DNA from: an uncultured Caldilineales bacterium
GTDB taxonomy: Bacteria > Chloroflexota > Anaerolineae > J102
Direction: 5' to 3'
DNA: 44,900 nt
NCBI GenBank assembly: GCA_964535455.1
Contig: CAZHTZ010000005.1
Coordinates: forward strand, 1-44,900
The notes under the pieces were generated by a model. That model searched no databases, had not been told where the DNA came from, and worked only from the letters and a program-made list of their open reading frames with translations. Below, piece by piece: positions 1 to 9,569 of the stretch (positions are counted from its first letter, which is position 1; each line of letters begins with the position of its first letter). Position numbers and translations under genes: made by a program.

Positions 1-951
<951 letters not shown>

Positions 952-988
952 CATCGCCTTGAGGGCGACCCTCAACCATGTCTTTCCT

Positions 989-1018
989 GGGAGCAGGCCT
1001 TGTGCCTGCTCCCTGTTT
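989..1018 (+). terminator. Hairpin downstream of tuf, terminator-like
   Basis: 10-bp stem GGGAGCAGGC (989-998) / GCCTGCTCCC (1004-1013), followed by TGTTT. Confidence 0.5.
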
Positions 1019-1046
1019 CCCTACCGTTGTAGTACCGAGGTAATCC

Positions 1047-1211
1047 GTGGCAAAAAAAGGCAATCGCGTTCTGGTCACTCTGGCCTGTACTGAGTGCAAA
1101 GAGCGCAACTACCTGACCAGCAAGAACCGCCGGAATCAAACCGGCCGCTTGGAAATCAACAAGTTTTGTACGCGATGCCAGTGCCATCGCTTGCATCGGG
1201 AGACCAAGTAA
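1047..1211 (+). CDS. rpmG: 50S ribosomal protein L33 (Zn-binding type)
   Basis: Not in the ORF track. Manual translation from GTG 1047 gives [60 protein letters not shown] upstream and typical tuf-rpmG-secE context. Confidence 0.96.
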   Translation: MAKKGNRVLVTLACTECKERNYLTSKNRRNQTGRLEINKFCTRCQCHRLHRETK

Positions 1212-1308
1212 GGTATCCTTACTTGGTTCGCGAACTAACGGCAGCCTTGTCGGTTGTGTGCGATCCTGGCTGCTATTGCGATCCCATCCCCAGCCGGCAC
1301 AGCCCCGT

Positions 1309-1381
<73 letters not shown>

Positions 1382-1389
1382 CTGACTCC

Positions 1390-1428
1390 TTCAAGACACC
1401 GTCTCTGTCATCAGGGCGGTGTCTTGAA
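1390..1428 (+). terminator. Inverted repeat after tRNA-Trp (terminator or processing hairpin)
   Basis: 12-bp perfect arms TTCAAGACACCG (1390-1401) / CGGTGTCTTGAA (1417-1428). No strong U tract. Confidence 0.5.
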
Positions 1429-1538
1429 CCGTAAGGGACCAGTGCAATCCCCGCTTGGCACAGTGACTTTACCGTTACTTACGAACAACACGTGCCCAAA
1501 GCGTCAAGCCCATGGTCCTGTTCCGGAGAATGTAAACG

Positions 1539-1763
1539 ATGACCAACGACGAATCCGATGCTCCGTCGAGATTGACTGAAAACGCTGCCGTCAACTATCT
1601 GCGCGAAACCCGCGCCGAACTCCTGAAGGTCACATGGCCCACGCGCCAGGAATGGTTGCGACTGAGCGGTATCGTTCTGGTCGTGACGACGCTGATGGCA
1701 GTGATCTTGGGTGTGGCCGAGGCCCTCGGCGCCGAACTCATGTCCTTGTTTCTCAAGCTCTAA
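1539..1763 (+). CDS. secE: Preprotein translocase subunit SecE
   Basis: YLRETRAELLKVTWPTRQE motif plus one C-terminal TM helix; lies between tRNA-Trp and nusG. Confidence 0.95.
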   Translation: MTNDESDAPSRLTENAAVNYLRETRAELLKVTWPTRQEWLRLSGIVLVVTTLMAVILGVAEALGAELMSLFLKL

Positions 1764-1808
1764 CACTCGTTTGCCTCCAGCTGCCATCCGTTTCCAGGGA
1801 TCACATCC

Positions 1809-2540
1809 GTGACCGATTCCAGCAAAGCCCCGCGTGCCTCGAAGGAAAAGAGGCCTGTCCAGAAGTCGTCCTCCCCGTCAAAGCCGTCTGCGGCGAAGGC
1901 GCCGTCTACGGCGAAGGCGGTAGAGACGGCCGGAAGGTCTGCGCCCGCAGCGTTCCCCGAGGTGCCTTCCGCTCTTACTGACGGCGTGTCAGACGAGGTG
2001 GAAGAGACGGCTCCGGACAATCGCTCTTGGTACGTTGTTCATTCCTATTCGGGCATGGAGAACAAGGTCAAGAAGAACCTGGAGCACCGCATCGAGTCCA
2101 TGCACGTTGGGCACAAAATCTTTCAGGTGATTGTGCCCACTGAGGAACAGATCGAGCTCAAGGAAGGCCAGCGGCGTGTTGTCGAGCGCCGGGTGTTCCC
2201 TGGCTATATCCTTGTCCAAATGGTTCTGGATGACGAGAGCTGGTATGTGGTCAGGAACACGCCTGGCGTGACGGGTTTCGTCGGCATCGGCAACCAACCG
2301 ACACCCCTGAGCACCGATGAAGTCGACCGTATCATGCGCCGCATCGAGTCCGCAGAGCCGCGTGTGCAGGTGGACTTCAAGGTTGGCGAACGTGTGCGTG
2401 TGACTGAGGGCGCCTTCGCCGAGTTTCAGGGCGTCGTCGATGCCATCGACCTGGATCGAGGCAAAGCCCGAATCATGATTTCTATCTTCGGCCGCGAGAC
2501 GCCGGTCGAAGTCGATTTTCTGCAATTGCAAAAAGTGTAG
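1809..2540 (+). CDS. nusG: Transcription termination/antitermination factor NusG with a low-complexity N-terminal extension
   Basis: WYVVHSYSG, VFPGYILV, VRNTPGVTGFVG, and a KOW domain ending IFGRETPVEVDF. Start codon uncertain (GTG 1809). Confidence 0.96.
   Translation: MTDSSKAPRASKEKRPVQKSSSPSKPSAAKAPSTAKAVETAGRSAPAAFPEVPSALTDGVSDEVEETAPDNRSWYVVHSYSGMENKVKKNLEHRIESMHVGHKIFQVIVPTEEQIELKEGQRRVVERRVFPGYILVQMVLDDESWYVVRNTPGVTGFVGIGNQPTPLSTDEVDRIMRRIESAEPRVQVDFKVGERVRVTEGAFAEFQGVVDAIDLDRGKARIMISIFGRETPVEVDFLQLQKV
1883..1918 (+). repeat. 18-nt tandem duplication in the nusG 5' extension
   Basis: GCCGTCTGCGGCGAAGGC / GCCGTCTACGGCGAAGGC, encoding PSAAKA-PSTAKA. Confidence 0.85.
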
Positions 2541-2564
2541 TCTTAAAGAAGTTTCGGAGTTCTC

Positions 2565-2993
2565 ATGGCCAAGAAGATCAAAGCAATCGTTACCCTGCAA
2601 CTACCAGCCGGCAAGGCGACGCCAGCCCCCCCTGTGGGTCCGGCCCTGGGCCAACACGGCGTCAACATCGTTGGCTTCTGCAAAGAATACAATGCGCGTA
2701 CGTCCAGTCTGGCCGGAGCCATTATTCCTGCCCAGATCACTATCTTCAGCGACAACTCGTTTACCTTCGTCACCAAGACCTCTCCTGCTGCCGATCTGCT
2801 CAAGAAAGCAGCCGGCGTGCCCCGGGGCGCGGGCAACCCGATCAAGGACAAAGTCGGCAAGGTCAAACGCTCGCAGATTCGCGAGATCGCTCAAACCAAG
2901 ATGAAAGACCTCAACGCCATCGATCTCGAAGGCGCCATGCGCCAGATTGAGGGCAGTGCCCGCAGTATGGGCATTGACATCGTCGAGGACTGA
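2565..2993 (+). CDS. rplK: 50S ribosomal protein L11
   Basis: [23 protein letters not shown] and GSARSMGI motifs. Confidence 0.98.
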   Translation: MAKKIKAIVTLQLPAGKATPAPPVGPALGQHGVNIVGFCKEYNARTSSLAGAIIPAQITIFSDNSFTFVTKTSPAADLLKKAAGVPRGAGNPIKDKVGKVKRSQIREIAQTKMKDLNAIDLEGAMRQIEGSARSMGIDIVED

Positions 2994-3026
2994 TTTTCGT
3001 TCCACTTTCGGTTTCTCACTCACCAG

Positions 3027-3059
3027 GTGGCAGGGCCAGATTTAGCCCGCTATGACCAC
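3027..3059 (+). promoter_or_regulatory. Probable L1-binding autoregulatory mRNA element before rplA
   Basis: GTGG-CA-GGGC...GCCC-GCTATGA-CCAC: a stem with an asymmetric internal loop directly 5' of the rplA SD (AGGAG), resembling known L1 mRNA targets. Confidence 0.55.
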
Positions 3060-3070
3060 AGGAGTCCACA

Positions 3071-3787
3071 ATGTCCCGACACGGCAAGAACTACCGTATC
3101 GCGGCGGCACAGTTCGAAAGTGTTGAGCCGCGCGACCCCAAACAAGCAATCGATCTGCTCAAGCAGTACGCCACTGCGCGCTTCGACGAAACCTTCGAGC
3201 TGCACATGCGCATGGGTGTTGACCCCCGTCACGCCGACCAGATGGTGCGTGGTGTGGTTGTGATGCCCCGTGGCACTGGCAAGACCGTCCGCATTCTGGT
3301 CTTTGCCGATGGCGACGCCGTCGAGGTTGCCAAAGAAGCAGGCGCCGACCACGTGGGTTTGGATGACATCATCGCTCAGATTCAGGGTGGCTGGGTGGAT
3401 TTTGACATGGCCATCGCCGTGCCCTCGGCGATGGGCAAGGTCGGTCGCCTGGGTAAGGTTCTCGGTCCTCGTGGCCTGATGCCCAGCCCCAAGAGCGGCA
3501 CCATCGTCCAGCCGGGCGAAATCAAGCGCGTGATCGAGGAAGCCCGCAAGGGTCGCGTCGAATATCGCGTCGACAAGACCGCCAATATCCACATTGTCTT
3601 CGGCAAGCGCAGTTTCGAGACGGACGCCCTTATGGAAAACCTGGGTGCTGCCGTTGACTCGGTGCTTCGCAACAAGCCTTCTGCAAGCAAGGGCACCTAC
3701 ATCCGCAAGGCTTTCCTGACGACGACGATGACCCCGGCGGTTCGCGTCGACGTCAACGCCCTGGCGGCCATCCGGTCGCTCGCTTAA
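3071..3787 (+). CDS. rplA: 50S ribosomal protein L1
   Basis: ARFDET, DPRHADQMVRG, LGKVLGPRGLMPSPKSGT. Confidence 0.98.
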   Translation: MSRHGKNYRIAAAQFESVEPRDPKQAIDLLKQYATARFDETFELHMRMGVDPRHADQMVRGVVVMPRGTGKTVRILVFADGDAVEVAKEAGADHVGLDDIIAQIQGGWVDFDMAIAVPSAMGKVGRLGKVLGPRGLMPSPKSGTIVQPGEIKRVIEEARKGRVEYRVDKTANIHIVFGKRSFETDALMENLGAAVDSVLRNKPSASKGTYIRKAFLTTTMTPAVRVDVNALAAIRSLA

Positions 3788-3864
3788 CCTGTTGCTTCCG
3801 TTCTGGGGCTCCCAAATACCGGGGGCCACAGGACGTTTGCCAATACCATACCGTCGTTTCCCAG

Positions 3865-4077
3865 CGTCAATGACAGCAGGCGCCAGCCCGGACATCGTCA
3901 GGGTGTGGCTTAATCCGGTTCCTGCCGAGGCGAAGTAAGGGAGGACGTGCGCCACCACCGCGCCCAATGACCCGGTTGGACCAGTCTGCACGACTGTCGC
4001 CAGTCAGGTTGTGAGCCGGCAAACGCTCCGTCGCATCTCGAGCCTCTGCACGCAGGACGCAGAGGCTTTTTCTTTTC
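3865..4077 (+). promoter_or_regulatory. Ribosomal protein L10 leader
   Basis: Hallmark GACAGCAGG (3872-3880)...TTAA...CCTGCCGAGG (3921-3930) upstream of rplJ, followed by an attenuator hairpin. Confidence 0.8.
4041..4077 (+). terminator. Intrinsic terminator/attenuator of the L10 leader
   Basis: AGCCTCTGC (4041-4049) / GCAGAGGCT (4059-4067), followed by a T-rich tract. Confidence 0.8.
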
Positions 4078-4128
4078 CTTCTACGGCGCGGGATCTCTCA
4101 CATCTTCTCCCAAAGGAGGTGATCACAC

Positions 4129-4671
4129 TTGCCCGTCTCACGAGAACGCAAAAACGAGCAACTACAATCGTTCAAAGAACTGATCGCCAATAGCCAGGCG
4201 GTTGTCTTTGCCGATTACCGGGGCCTCACCGTGGCACAGCTCGAAAAGCTGCGCCGGCTGCTGCGCGAGCAGGATGCCAGCTTCGTCATCGCCAAGAAGA
4301 CGTTGATGTCCATCGCCCTCAAAGAATTGGATCGACCGGCGCCGAAAGAAACGATGGCCGGCCCAGTAGGCTTTGCCTTCCTCGGCGAAGACATTGCCGC
4401 TGGCGCCAAGGTGCTGCGCGATTTCTCCAAGGAAGCCGGTGACCTGTTCAAGGTGCTTGGCGGTATCCTTGGACCCTCGGTGGTGGATGCCCGCGGCGCC
4501 ACGTCGCTGGCGGACTTGCCATCACGCGAGGTGCAGTTGGCGCAGTTGCTGGGCGCCATCGCCGCACCGATGACCGCGCTTGCCGGTCTCATTACCGCAC
4601 CTCATCGCGACCTGATCGGTCTGCTGCAGGCGCGCATCGACAAAGAGGGCGGCGCCAGCGAAGCTGCCTGA
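4129..4671 (+). CDS. rplJ: 50S ribosomal protein L10
   Basis: TTG start after a strong AAAGGAGGTGAT SD; DYRGLTVAQL and LADLPSRE motifs. Confidence 0.97.
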   Translation: MPVSRERKNEQLQSFKELIANSQAVVFADYRGLTVAQLEKLRRLLREQDASFVIAKKTLMSIALKELDRPAPKETMAGPVGFAFLGEDIAAGAKVLRDFSKEAGDLFKVLGGILGPSVVDARGATSLADLPSREVQLAQLLGAIAAPMTALAGLITAPHRDLIGLLQARIDKEGGASEAA

Positions 4672-4752
4672 TCCCATCACCCATCTCTCCACCGAATCCA
4701 CTTTGCGGGTGACATTGCCCGCCATGACGCATAACAAGGAGTACCACACATA

Positions 4753-5142
4753 ATGGCTGATCTCGAAAAACTGTACCAGGACCTGAGCGCACTGACCCTG
4801 CTCGAGGCTGCTGAACTGAAGAAGCTGCTTGAGGAGCGCTGGGGCGTTACCGCCGCTGCGCCTATGGCGATGGCCGGCTTCATGCCCGCCGGTGGCGCTG
4901 GCGCTGCCGCCGCCGAGCCGGTCGAGGAGCAGACCGAGTTCGATGTGATCCTCAAGGATGTTGGTCCCAAGAAGATCAACGTAATCAAGGTCGTGCGCCA
5001 GCTCACGAGCCTGGGCTTGAAGGAAGCCAAGGACGTCGTCGACAGCGCTCCTTCCAAGATCCTCGAGGCTGTCAGCAAGGAAGCCTCGCAGGAAGCCAAG
5101 GCCAAGCTGGAAGAAGAAGGCGCTGTGGTCGAGATCAAGTAG
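4753..5142 (+). CDS. rplL: 50S ribosomal protein L7/L12
   Basis: [29 protein letters not shown]. Confidence 0.98.
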   Translation: MADLEKLYQDLSALTLLEAAELKKLLEERWGVTAAAPMAMAGFMPAGGAGAAAAEPVEEQTEFDVILKDVGPKKINVIKVVRQLTSLGLKEAKDVVDSAPSKILEAVSKEASQEAKAKLEEEGAVVEIK

Positions 5143-5174
5143 TCCGACTTCGATCTCACACAGCCTGCCTGAAC

Positions 5175-5217
5175 AAAGGGCCGGAACAGAGAAACTCGCT
5201 GTTCCGGCCCTTTCTGT
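5175..5217. terminator. Intrinsic terminator between convergent rplL and GT2 (probably bidirectional)
   Basis: 15-bp arms AAAGGGCCGGAACAG (5175-5189) / CTGTTCCGGCCCTTT (5199-5213). Confidence 0.85.
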
Positions 5218-5255
5218 CTGCGATTCCTGACAAATCGAATGGAGTGTGTAGGGCG

Positions 5256-5969
5256 TCAGGTGTGTTGGGGGCTGTGGTGCATGCGCTGCCGCGTCTGCCA
5301 GACGACGCGACTAAACTGTCGGGCGTGGTGCAGGGGCGAGATGTGGCTGGTCTCGCCGGCATAGATGGTGCGGATGGGCACCCAGGCCAACTCATAGCCC
5401 TGCTCGAGACAGACCACGATCATCTCCACCTCGAACTCAAATCCTTGTTCGTGGCTGGCAAGAGTTGCCTCCATCATGCGCCTGGTCAGCAGCCGGTAGC
5501 CCGACTGGTTGTCGGGGATGGGTTGTGCGACCGCCCAGGAGAACGACCAGCGTCCCAGTGTATTGGCCAGGCGGCGTACAAAGGGGATCTGGCTGAAGTC
5601 GCGGGCGCCAATGACCAGGTCGGGGCGATTGGCTCCGCTGTAGGCCCCGCGAGACGCGGCAAGAAAGGCCGGTATTTCGCCGGGGTCATGCTGGCCATCG
5701 GCGTCAAGAGTGACTACCGCCGCAAAGCCCTGATCGACGGCCCAGCGGAAGCCGGCGCGCAGAGCCGCACCTTTGCCTTGATTCGGCCTCTGCTCCAGAA
5801 CGGTGGCGCCTGCGGCCGCAGCCAGGGCGGACGTTTCATCCTGCGAACCGTCATCGACCACAAGCACGGGGAGGTGAGCCAGCGCGCCGCGAATCACCGG
5901 CGCGATGGCCGCGGCCTCATTGTACGCCGGGATCAGGGCGAGAACACCGTGCGCAGGAGCGGCTGGCAT
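5256..5969 (-). CDS. Glycosyltransferase family 2 (polyprenol-phosphate glycosyltransferase/DPM1-like)
   Basis: IPAYNE, VVDDGSQD, NQGKGAAL, LDADGQH, DNQSGYR motifs. Start set at ATG 5969. Confidence 0.9.
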   Translation of the reverse strand: MPAAPAHGVLALIPAYNEAAAIAPVIRGALAHLPVLVVDDGSQDETSALAAAAGATVLEQRPNQGKGAALRAGFRWAVDQGFAAVVTLDADGQHDPGEIPAFLAASRGAYSGANRPDLVIGARDFSQIPFVRRLANTLGRWSFSWAVAQPIPDNQSGYRLLTRRMMEATLASHEQGFEFEVEMIVVCLEQGYELAWVPIRTIYAGETSHISPLHHARQFSRVVWQTRQRMHHSPQHT

Positions 5970-6052
5970 CGAAACAGGGCGTGGAAAGGCTAGGAAAATG
6001 ACGCCGCCAGGTGGCAAAGGCCTCCTCGGTCAGCGGGGTCAGACGCACCATG

Positions 6053-6745
6053 TCAGTCGCCTGGCGCCTGTGCGGTCGCCTGTTCCTCCGTTTCCTCCCC
6101 ACCCAGGAATCGTCGTCGCAGACTGGCAGCCTGGTTCTGCACCTCGTAGTTCACAATGAACCAGATGCCCTTCCAGGTCTCGGGGTTGAGGAACTCCTGG
6201 GGCGGCGTGCTGGCGATCATCTCGCGTACGCCACTTACCGTTTCCATACCCGGCAGCCGTGCCAGCCGCTCCATAAGCCAGTCGCGGCGCGTGGCGGCTT
6301 CGGTCGAGACAAGATAGTTCAAGGTGAACCACATGCCCTTCCACGTTTCGACATCCCTGAACTCATCGATCGGGGTGCTTTCCACCATTTCGCGGAGGTT
6401 GTGCATCACCTGTCGTCGCGATTCGGGCGCCAAGCGGCCCAGAAGTTGGTCGAGCAGGTGACGCAGGCCCTGGGGAGAATAGGCGGGAGGCGAGTAGTCG
6501 GGGATGAGCTTCTGCAGATCTTGGGCCAGCACGTTCAGCTCGACGGCCAACTGTTTGAGCTCAGCATGATAGGGGCTGACAGACTCAGGCTCAGTTGCGA
6601 CCGGCGCCACCGGCGCCGCCACCGCATCAGCAGCAGGCTGGTAGTTCTGGTGATGGCGACAATAAGCAGAGTCCGGCAGAGTGAAGTTCTTGCATGGGTT
6701 GCCCGCTTTCGTGAAAGCGGCGCACGTCTTGGCTTCGGACGACAT
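6053..6745 (-). CDS. Hypothetical protein: N-terminal CCCH-type putative Zn knuckle plus a duplicated ETWKGxWF module
   Basis: CAAFTKAGNPCKN...YCRHH at the N-terminus; internal repeat STPIDEFRDVETWKGMWFTLNY / STPPQEFLNPETWKGIWFIVNY; AGGAG SD before ATG 6745. Confidence 0.75.
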   Translation of the reverse strand: MSSEAKTCAAFTKAGNPCKNFTLPDSAYCRHHQNYQPAADAVAAPVAPVATEPESVSPYHAELKQLAVELNVLAQDLQKLIPDYSPPAYSPQGLRHLLDQLLGRLAPESRRQVMHNLREMVESTPIDEFRDVETWKGMWFTLNYLVSTEAATRRDWLMERLARLPGMETVSGVREMIASTPPQEFLNPETWKGIWFIVNYEVQNQAASLRRRFLGGEETEEQATAQAPGD

Positions 6746-6949
6746 AACCAACTCCTGACAGGGTTGCACGAGGCAAAAAAGGGGTGCAGCACGATGGGCT
6801 GCATCTGTTCGTGATCATACCTGCTACCCATGCAATACGCAATCCAGCCTACAGTGCTCAGCCCGGACGGCGTTGGCGTCGCGGAGTGTCGGCAAGTGCG
6901 CTTGCCTTCGCCATCACCTCGGCGTAGACTCACCCGAAGGAGCGACGCG

Positions 6950-7603
6950 ATGTCTGATTTGCGCATCTTGATTGTGGCCGAAGATCCGCTGGTACGCGCC
7001 GGTCTGGCAAATGGCCTGGCCGCACAGCCTGGCTGTACCCTTGCCGGGCAGGAGTCGGTGCACGCCGACCTGCTCGCAGCGTGTGAGCTGCACCGGCCTG
7101 AGGTGCTTGTCTGGGACATGGGTTGGGATCCCGGCTCGGCCGCTGTGCGCGCCCTGGCGACGAGGCTTGAGACAGAAAGCGCCGTCCTGCCGGCGATCGT
7201 CATGCTTGTCCCGGACGTAGACGACCCTGTGGCGCTGGCTTCCAGCCTCCGCCGTGCCGGTGCACGAGGCCTGTTGCCCCGCAGCGCCAGCATGCCTGCC
7301 CTGGTAGCGGCGGCCGCTGCGGTTGTGGAAGGGTGGCTTGTGCTCGACCCCTCTTTCGTGGCGGCTCGTGTCACCGCCGCTGAACTGCCTGAGCCCTCGC
7401 TGCCCGAAGCGCTGACACCGCGCGAAGTGGAGGTGCTGCAGCTGCTCGCGGAAGGACTGCCAAACAAGCTCATTGCTCAACGTCTTGGCATCAGCGAGCA
7501 CACCGTCAAGTTTCACGTCAACTCCCTGATGGGCAAGCTGGGCGCTGCCAGCCGCACGGAAGCGGTAGTGCGCGCCACCAGAAGAGGGCTTGTCTTGCTC
7601 TAA
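6950..7603 (+). CDS. NarL/LuxR-family response regulator with an atypical receiver domain
   Basis: C-terminal HTH LTPREVEVLQLLAEGLPNKLIA...TVKFHVNSLMGKLGAASRTEAV. AGGAG SD before ATG 6950. Confidence 0.9.
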   Translation: MSDLRILIVAEDPLVRAGLANGLAAQPGCTLAGQESVHADLLAACELHRPEVLVWDMGWDPGSAAVRALATRLETESAVLPAIVMLVPDVDDPVALASSLRRAGARGLLPRSASMPALVAAAAAVVEGWLVLDPSFVAARVTAAELPEPSLPEALTPREVEVLQLLAEGLPNKLIAQRLGISEHTVKFHVNSLMGKLGAASRTEAVVRATRRGLVLL

Positions 7604-7734
7604 GGGGCTTCGAGGGCGGTTGCCCTAGCCTTTCTTCCAGGTGGGGACTCACCAAAGGGGCGATGTGGAAAGACAGAGAACGGCATAGACTGAAGGCAAC
7701 CATTCCAAAACCTATCTCATAGGAGAGAACAGCT

Positions 7735-8628
7735 ATGACAAGTTTCCTTCAGCAAGTATCGGATGGGCTGGCCGACGCCGTGGCCATCGCAGGTAAGAGC
7801 ATCGTACGCGTCGAAGCACGCCGCCGCCTGCCGGGTAGTGGCGTTGTCTGGTCGGCAGATGGACTGATCTTGACTGCTAACCACGTGGTCGAGATGAAAG
7901 AGGGCATCACGGTGGGGTTGCCCGATGGCTCTACGGTCACGGCGACCCTGATTGGCCGCGACCCCACCACGGACTTGGCGGTCCTGCGCACTGATGCCCG
8001 GCTGCAACCGCCCACCTGGGTGGAGCCTGCGGCCTTGCGTGTCGGTCACCTGGTGCTGGCTGCCGGCCGGCCGCAGGAGCAGTTGCAGAGCACCCTGGGA
8101 GTGGTCAGCGCTCTGGGCGAGGCCTGGCAGACAGGCGCCGGTGGCAAGATCGATGCTTACCTGCAAACTGATGTCGTCATGTATCCCGGCTTCTCGGGCG
8201 GTCCTCTGGTCAGCGTCACCGGCGACCTCATCGGCCTGAACAGCTCTTCCCTGGCCCGCGGGGTGAGCGTGAGCATTCCGGCGCCGACGCTGCGTCGGGT
8301 AGTGGCGCTGCTGGTCGAGCACGGTCGGGTGCGCCGGGGCTATCTGGGCGTGGGCGTGCAGACGGCCCGACTGCCTGGAGCCGTGGCCGAGGAGCTTGGG
8401 CAGGAAACCGGTGTCCTGATCATTTCGGTCGAGCCGGGCAGCTCCGCCGAGGCCGCCGGTCTGGTTCTGGGCGACACCCTCGTGACCCTGGATGGACAAC
8501 CGGTGCGCCGCGTCGACGATCTGCAGGCGCATCTAGCCGGTGATCGGGTGGGCCAGCAGATACCGGTGCGTATCGTTCGCGCCGGTCGTCTACAGGATGC
8601 GGTTGCCACTCTTGCCGAGCGGAACTGA
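7735..8628 (+). CDS. Cytoplasmic S1C/HtrA-like serine protease with one PDZ domain
   Basis: Catalytic triad motifs TANHVV, DPTTDLAVL and PGFSGGPL; RGYLGV starts the PDZ domain; no signal peptide or TM. Confidence 0.9.
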   Translation: MTSFLQQVSDGLADAVAIAGKSIVRVEARRRLPGSGVVWSADGLILTANHVVEMKEGITVGLPDGSTVTATLIGRDPTTDLAVLRTDARLQPPTWVEPAALRVGHLVLAAGRPQEQLQSTLGVVSALGEAWQTGAGGKIDAYLQTDVVMYPGFSGGPLVSVTGDLIGLNSSSLARGVSVSIPAPTLRRVVALLVEHGRVRRGYLGVGVQTARLPGAVAEELGQETGVLIISVEPGSSAEAAGLVLGDTLVTLDGQPVRRVDDLQAHLAGDRVGQQIPVRIVRAGRLQDAVATLAERN

Positions 8629-8630
8629 CG

Positions 8631-8678
8631 CCGCCAGACCTCCGGGAGGTCCAGCTTCTGGCGGACCTCCCGGAGGTC
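8631..8678. repeat. Nested palindromic (REP-like) intergenic element
   Basis: 16-bp perfect inverted repeat GACCTCCGGGAGGTCC (8637-8652) / GGACCTCCCGGAGGTC (8663-8678); each arm is itself palindromic. Confidence 0.8.
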
Positions 8679-8725
8679 GCACCCGATCGACCCTGCAAGA
8701 AAGGAGGCCAATCCGGCAGCCGCGG

Positions 8726-8731
8726 TATAAT
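8726..8731 (+). promoter_or_regulatory. Putative sigma-70 -10 element for map
   Basis: Perfect TATAAT in a GC-rich context, 35 nt before ATG 8766; no clear -35. Confidence 0.5.
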
Positions 8732-8765
8732 GGTTCGATTGCCTGTCACCAGACCACGGTTTGCC

Positions 8766-9557
8766 ATGAGAAGAAAGAGCACAGCCAACAACATCATCCT
8801 CAAGACCCCCGACGAGATCGCCAAAATGCGCAAGGCCGGCCGCCTGGTGGCTGAGATTTTTGCCATGTTGGGTGAGTACGTCCGGCCCGGCGCCACGCTG
8901 GCTGACCTGGACCACCACGTCGAGGAGTTCATTGCCAAACACGGGGCTCTACCCCTTTACAAGGGTTACAAGGGTAGCCATGCCGGCCACCCGCCTTTCC
9001 CCGGCGTTATTTGCGCCTCGGTCAACAATGAGATTTGCCACGGTATCCCCGATGGACGTGTACTGGCCGAGGGTGACATCATCGGCGTTGACATCGGCCT
9101 GCGTTACGAAGGCTGGTGTGGCGATTCCTGTATGACGTACGCTGTGGGCCAGGTGTCGCCAGAAGCGCAGCGACTTCTGGACGCGACCCGGCAGTGTCTG
9201 CAGCGCGGTATCGACGCCTGTCATCTTGGCAACTGCCTGTTCGATATAGGCGCCGTCATCGATAACTATGCCGACAGCCAGCGTGTCGCCGTCGTGCGTG
9301 AGTGGGGCGGGCACGGCATCGGCCGCAGCCTGCACGAGGCCCCAGCGGTGTCGCATACCCGCATGGATTCCCGCGGTCCGCGCTTGCGGCCGGGCATGAC
9401 CTTCACTATCGAGCCCATGGTGAACCTTGGCAAGCGGGAATGGAGGCTGTTGAACGACGGTTGGACGGTGGTGACACAGGACGGGTCGCTTTCGGCCCAG
9501 TTCGAGCACACGGTGGCCATTACGCCCAAGGGCCCCGAAGTCCTGACCCAGTTGTAG
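8766..9557 (+). CDS. map: Type I methionine aminopeptidase
   Basis: ICASVNNEICHGIP, DIG...GD, GHGIG..LHE.P, IEPM and SAQFEHT metal ligands. Confidence 0.96.
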   Translation: MRRKSTANNIILKTPDEIAKMRKAGRLVAEIFAMLGEYVRPGATLADLDHHVEEFIAKHGALPLYKGYKGSHAGHPPFPGVICASVNNEICHGIPDGRVLAEGDIIGVDIGLRYEGWCGDSCMTYAVGQVSPEAQRLLDATRQCLQRGIDACHLGNCLFDIGAVIDNYADSQRVAVVREWGGHGIGRSLHEAPAVSHTRMDSRGPRLRPGMTFTIEPMVNLGKREWRLLNDGWTVVTQDGSLSAQFEHTVAITPKGPEVLTQL

Positions 9558-9569
9558 GCAAGCGACAAC

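Noticed and set aside
1203-1227. 11-bp perfect hairpin over the rpmG stop (ACCAAGTAAGG-TAT-CCTTACTTGGT)
   Set aside because: Probably an ordinary mRNA stability or processing hairpin before the tRNA; nothing points to more.
5143-5255. Absence of rpoB/rpoC after rplL
   Set aside because: Separation of rplL from rpoBC occurs in several lineages, and a clean terminator closes the operon.
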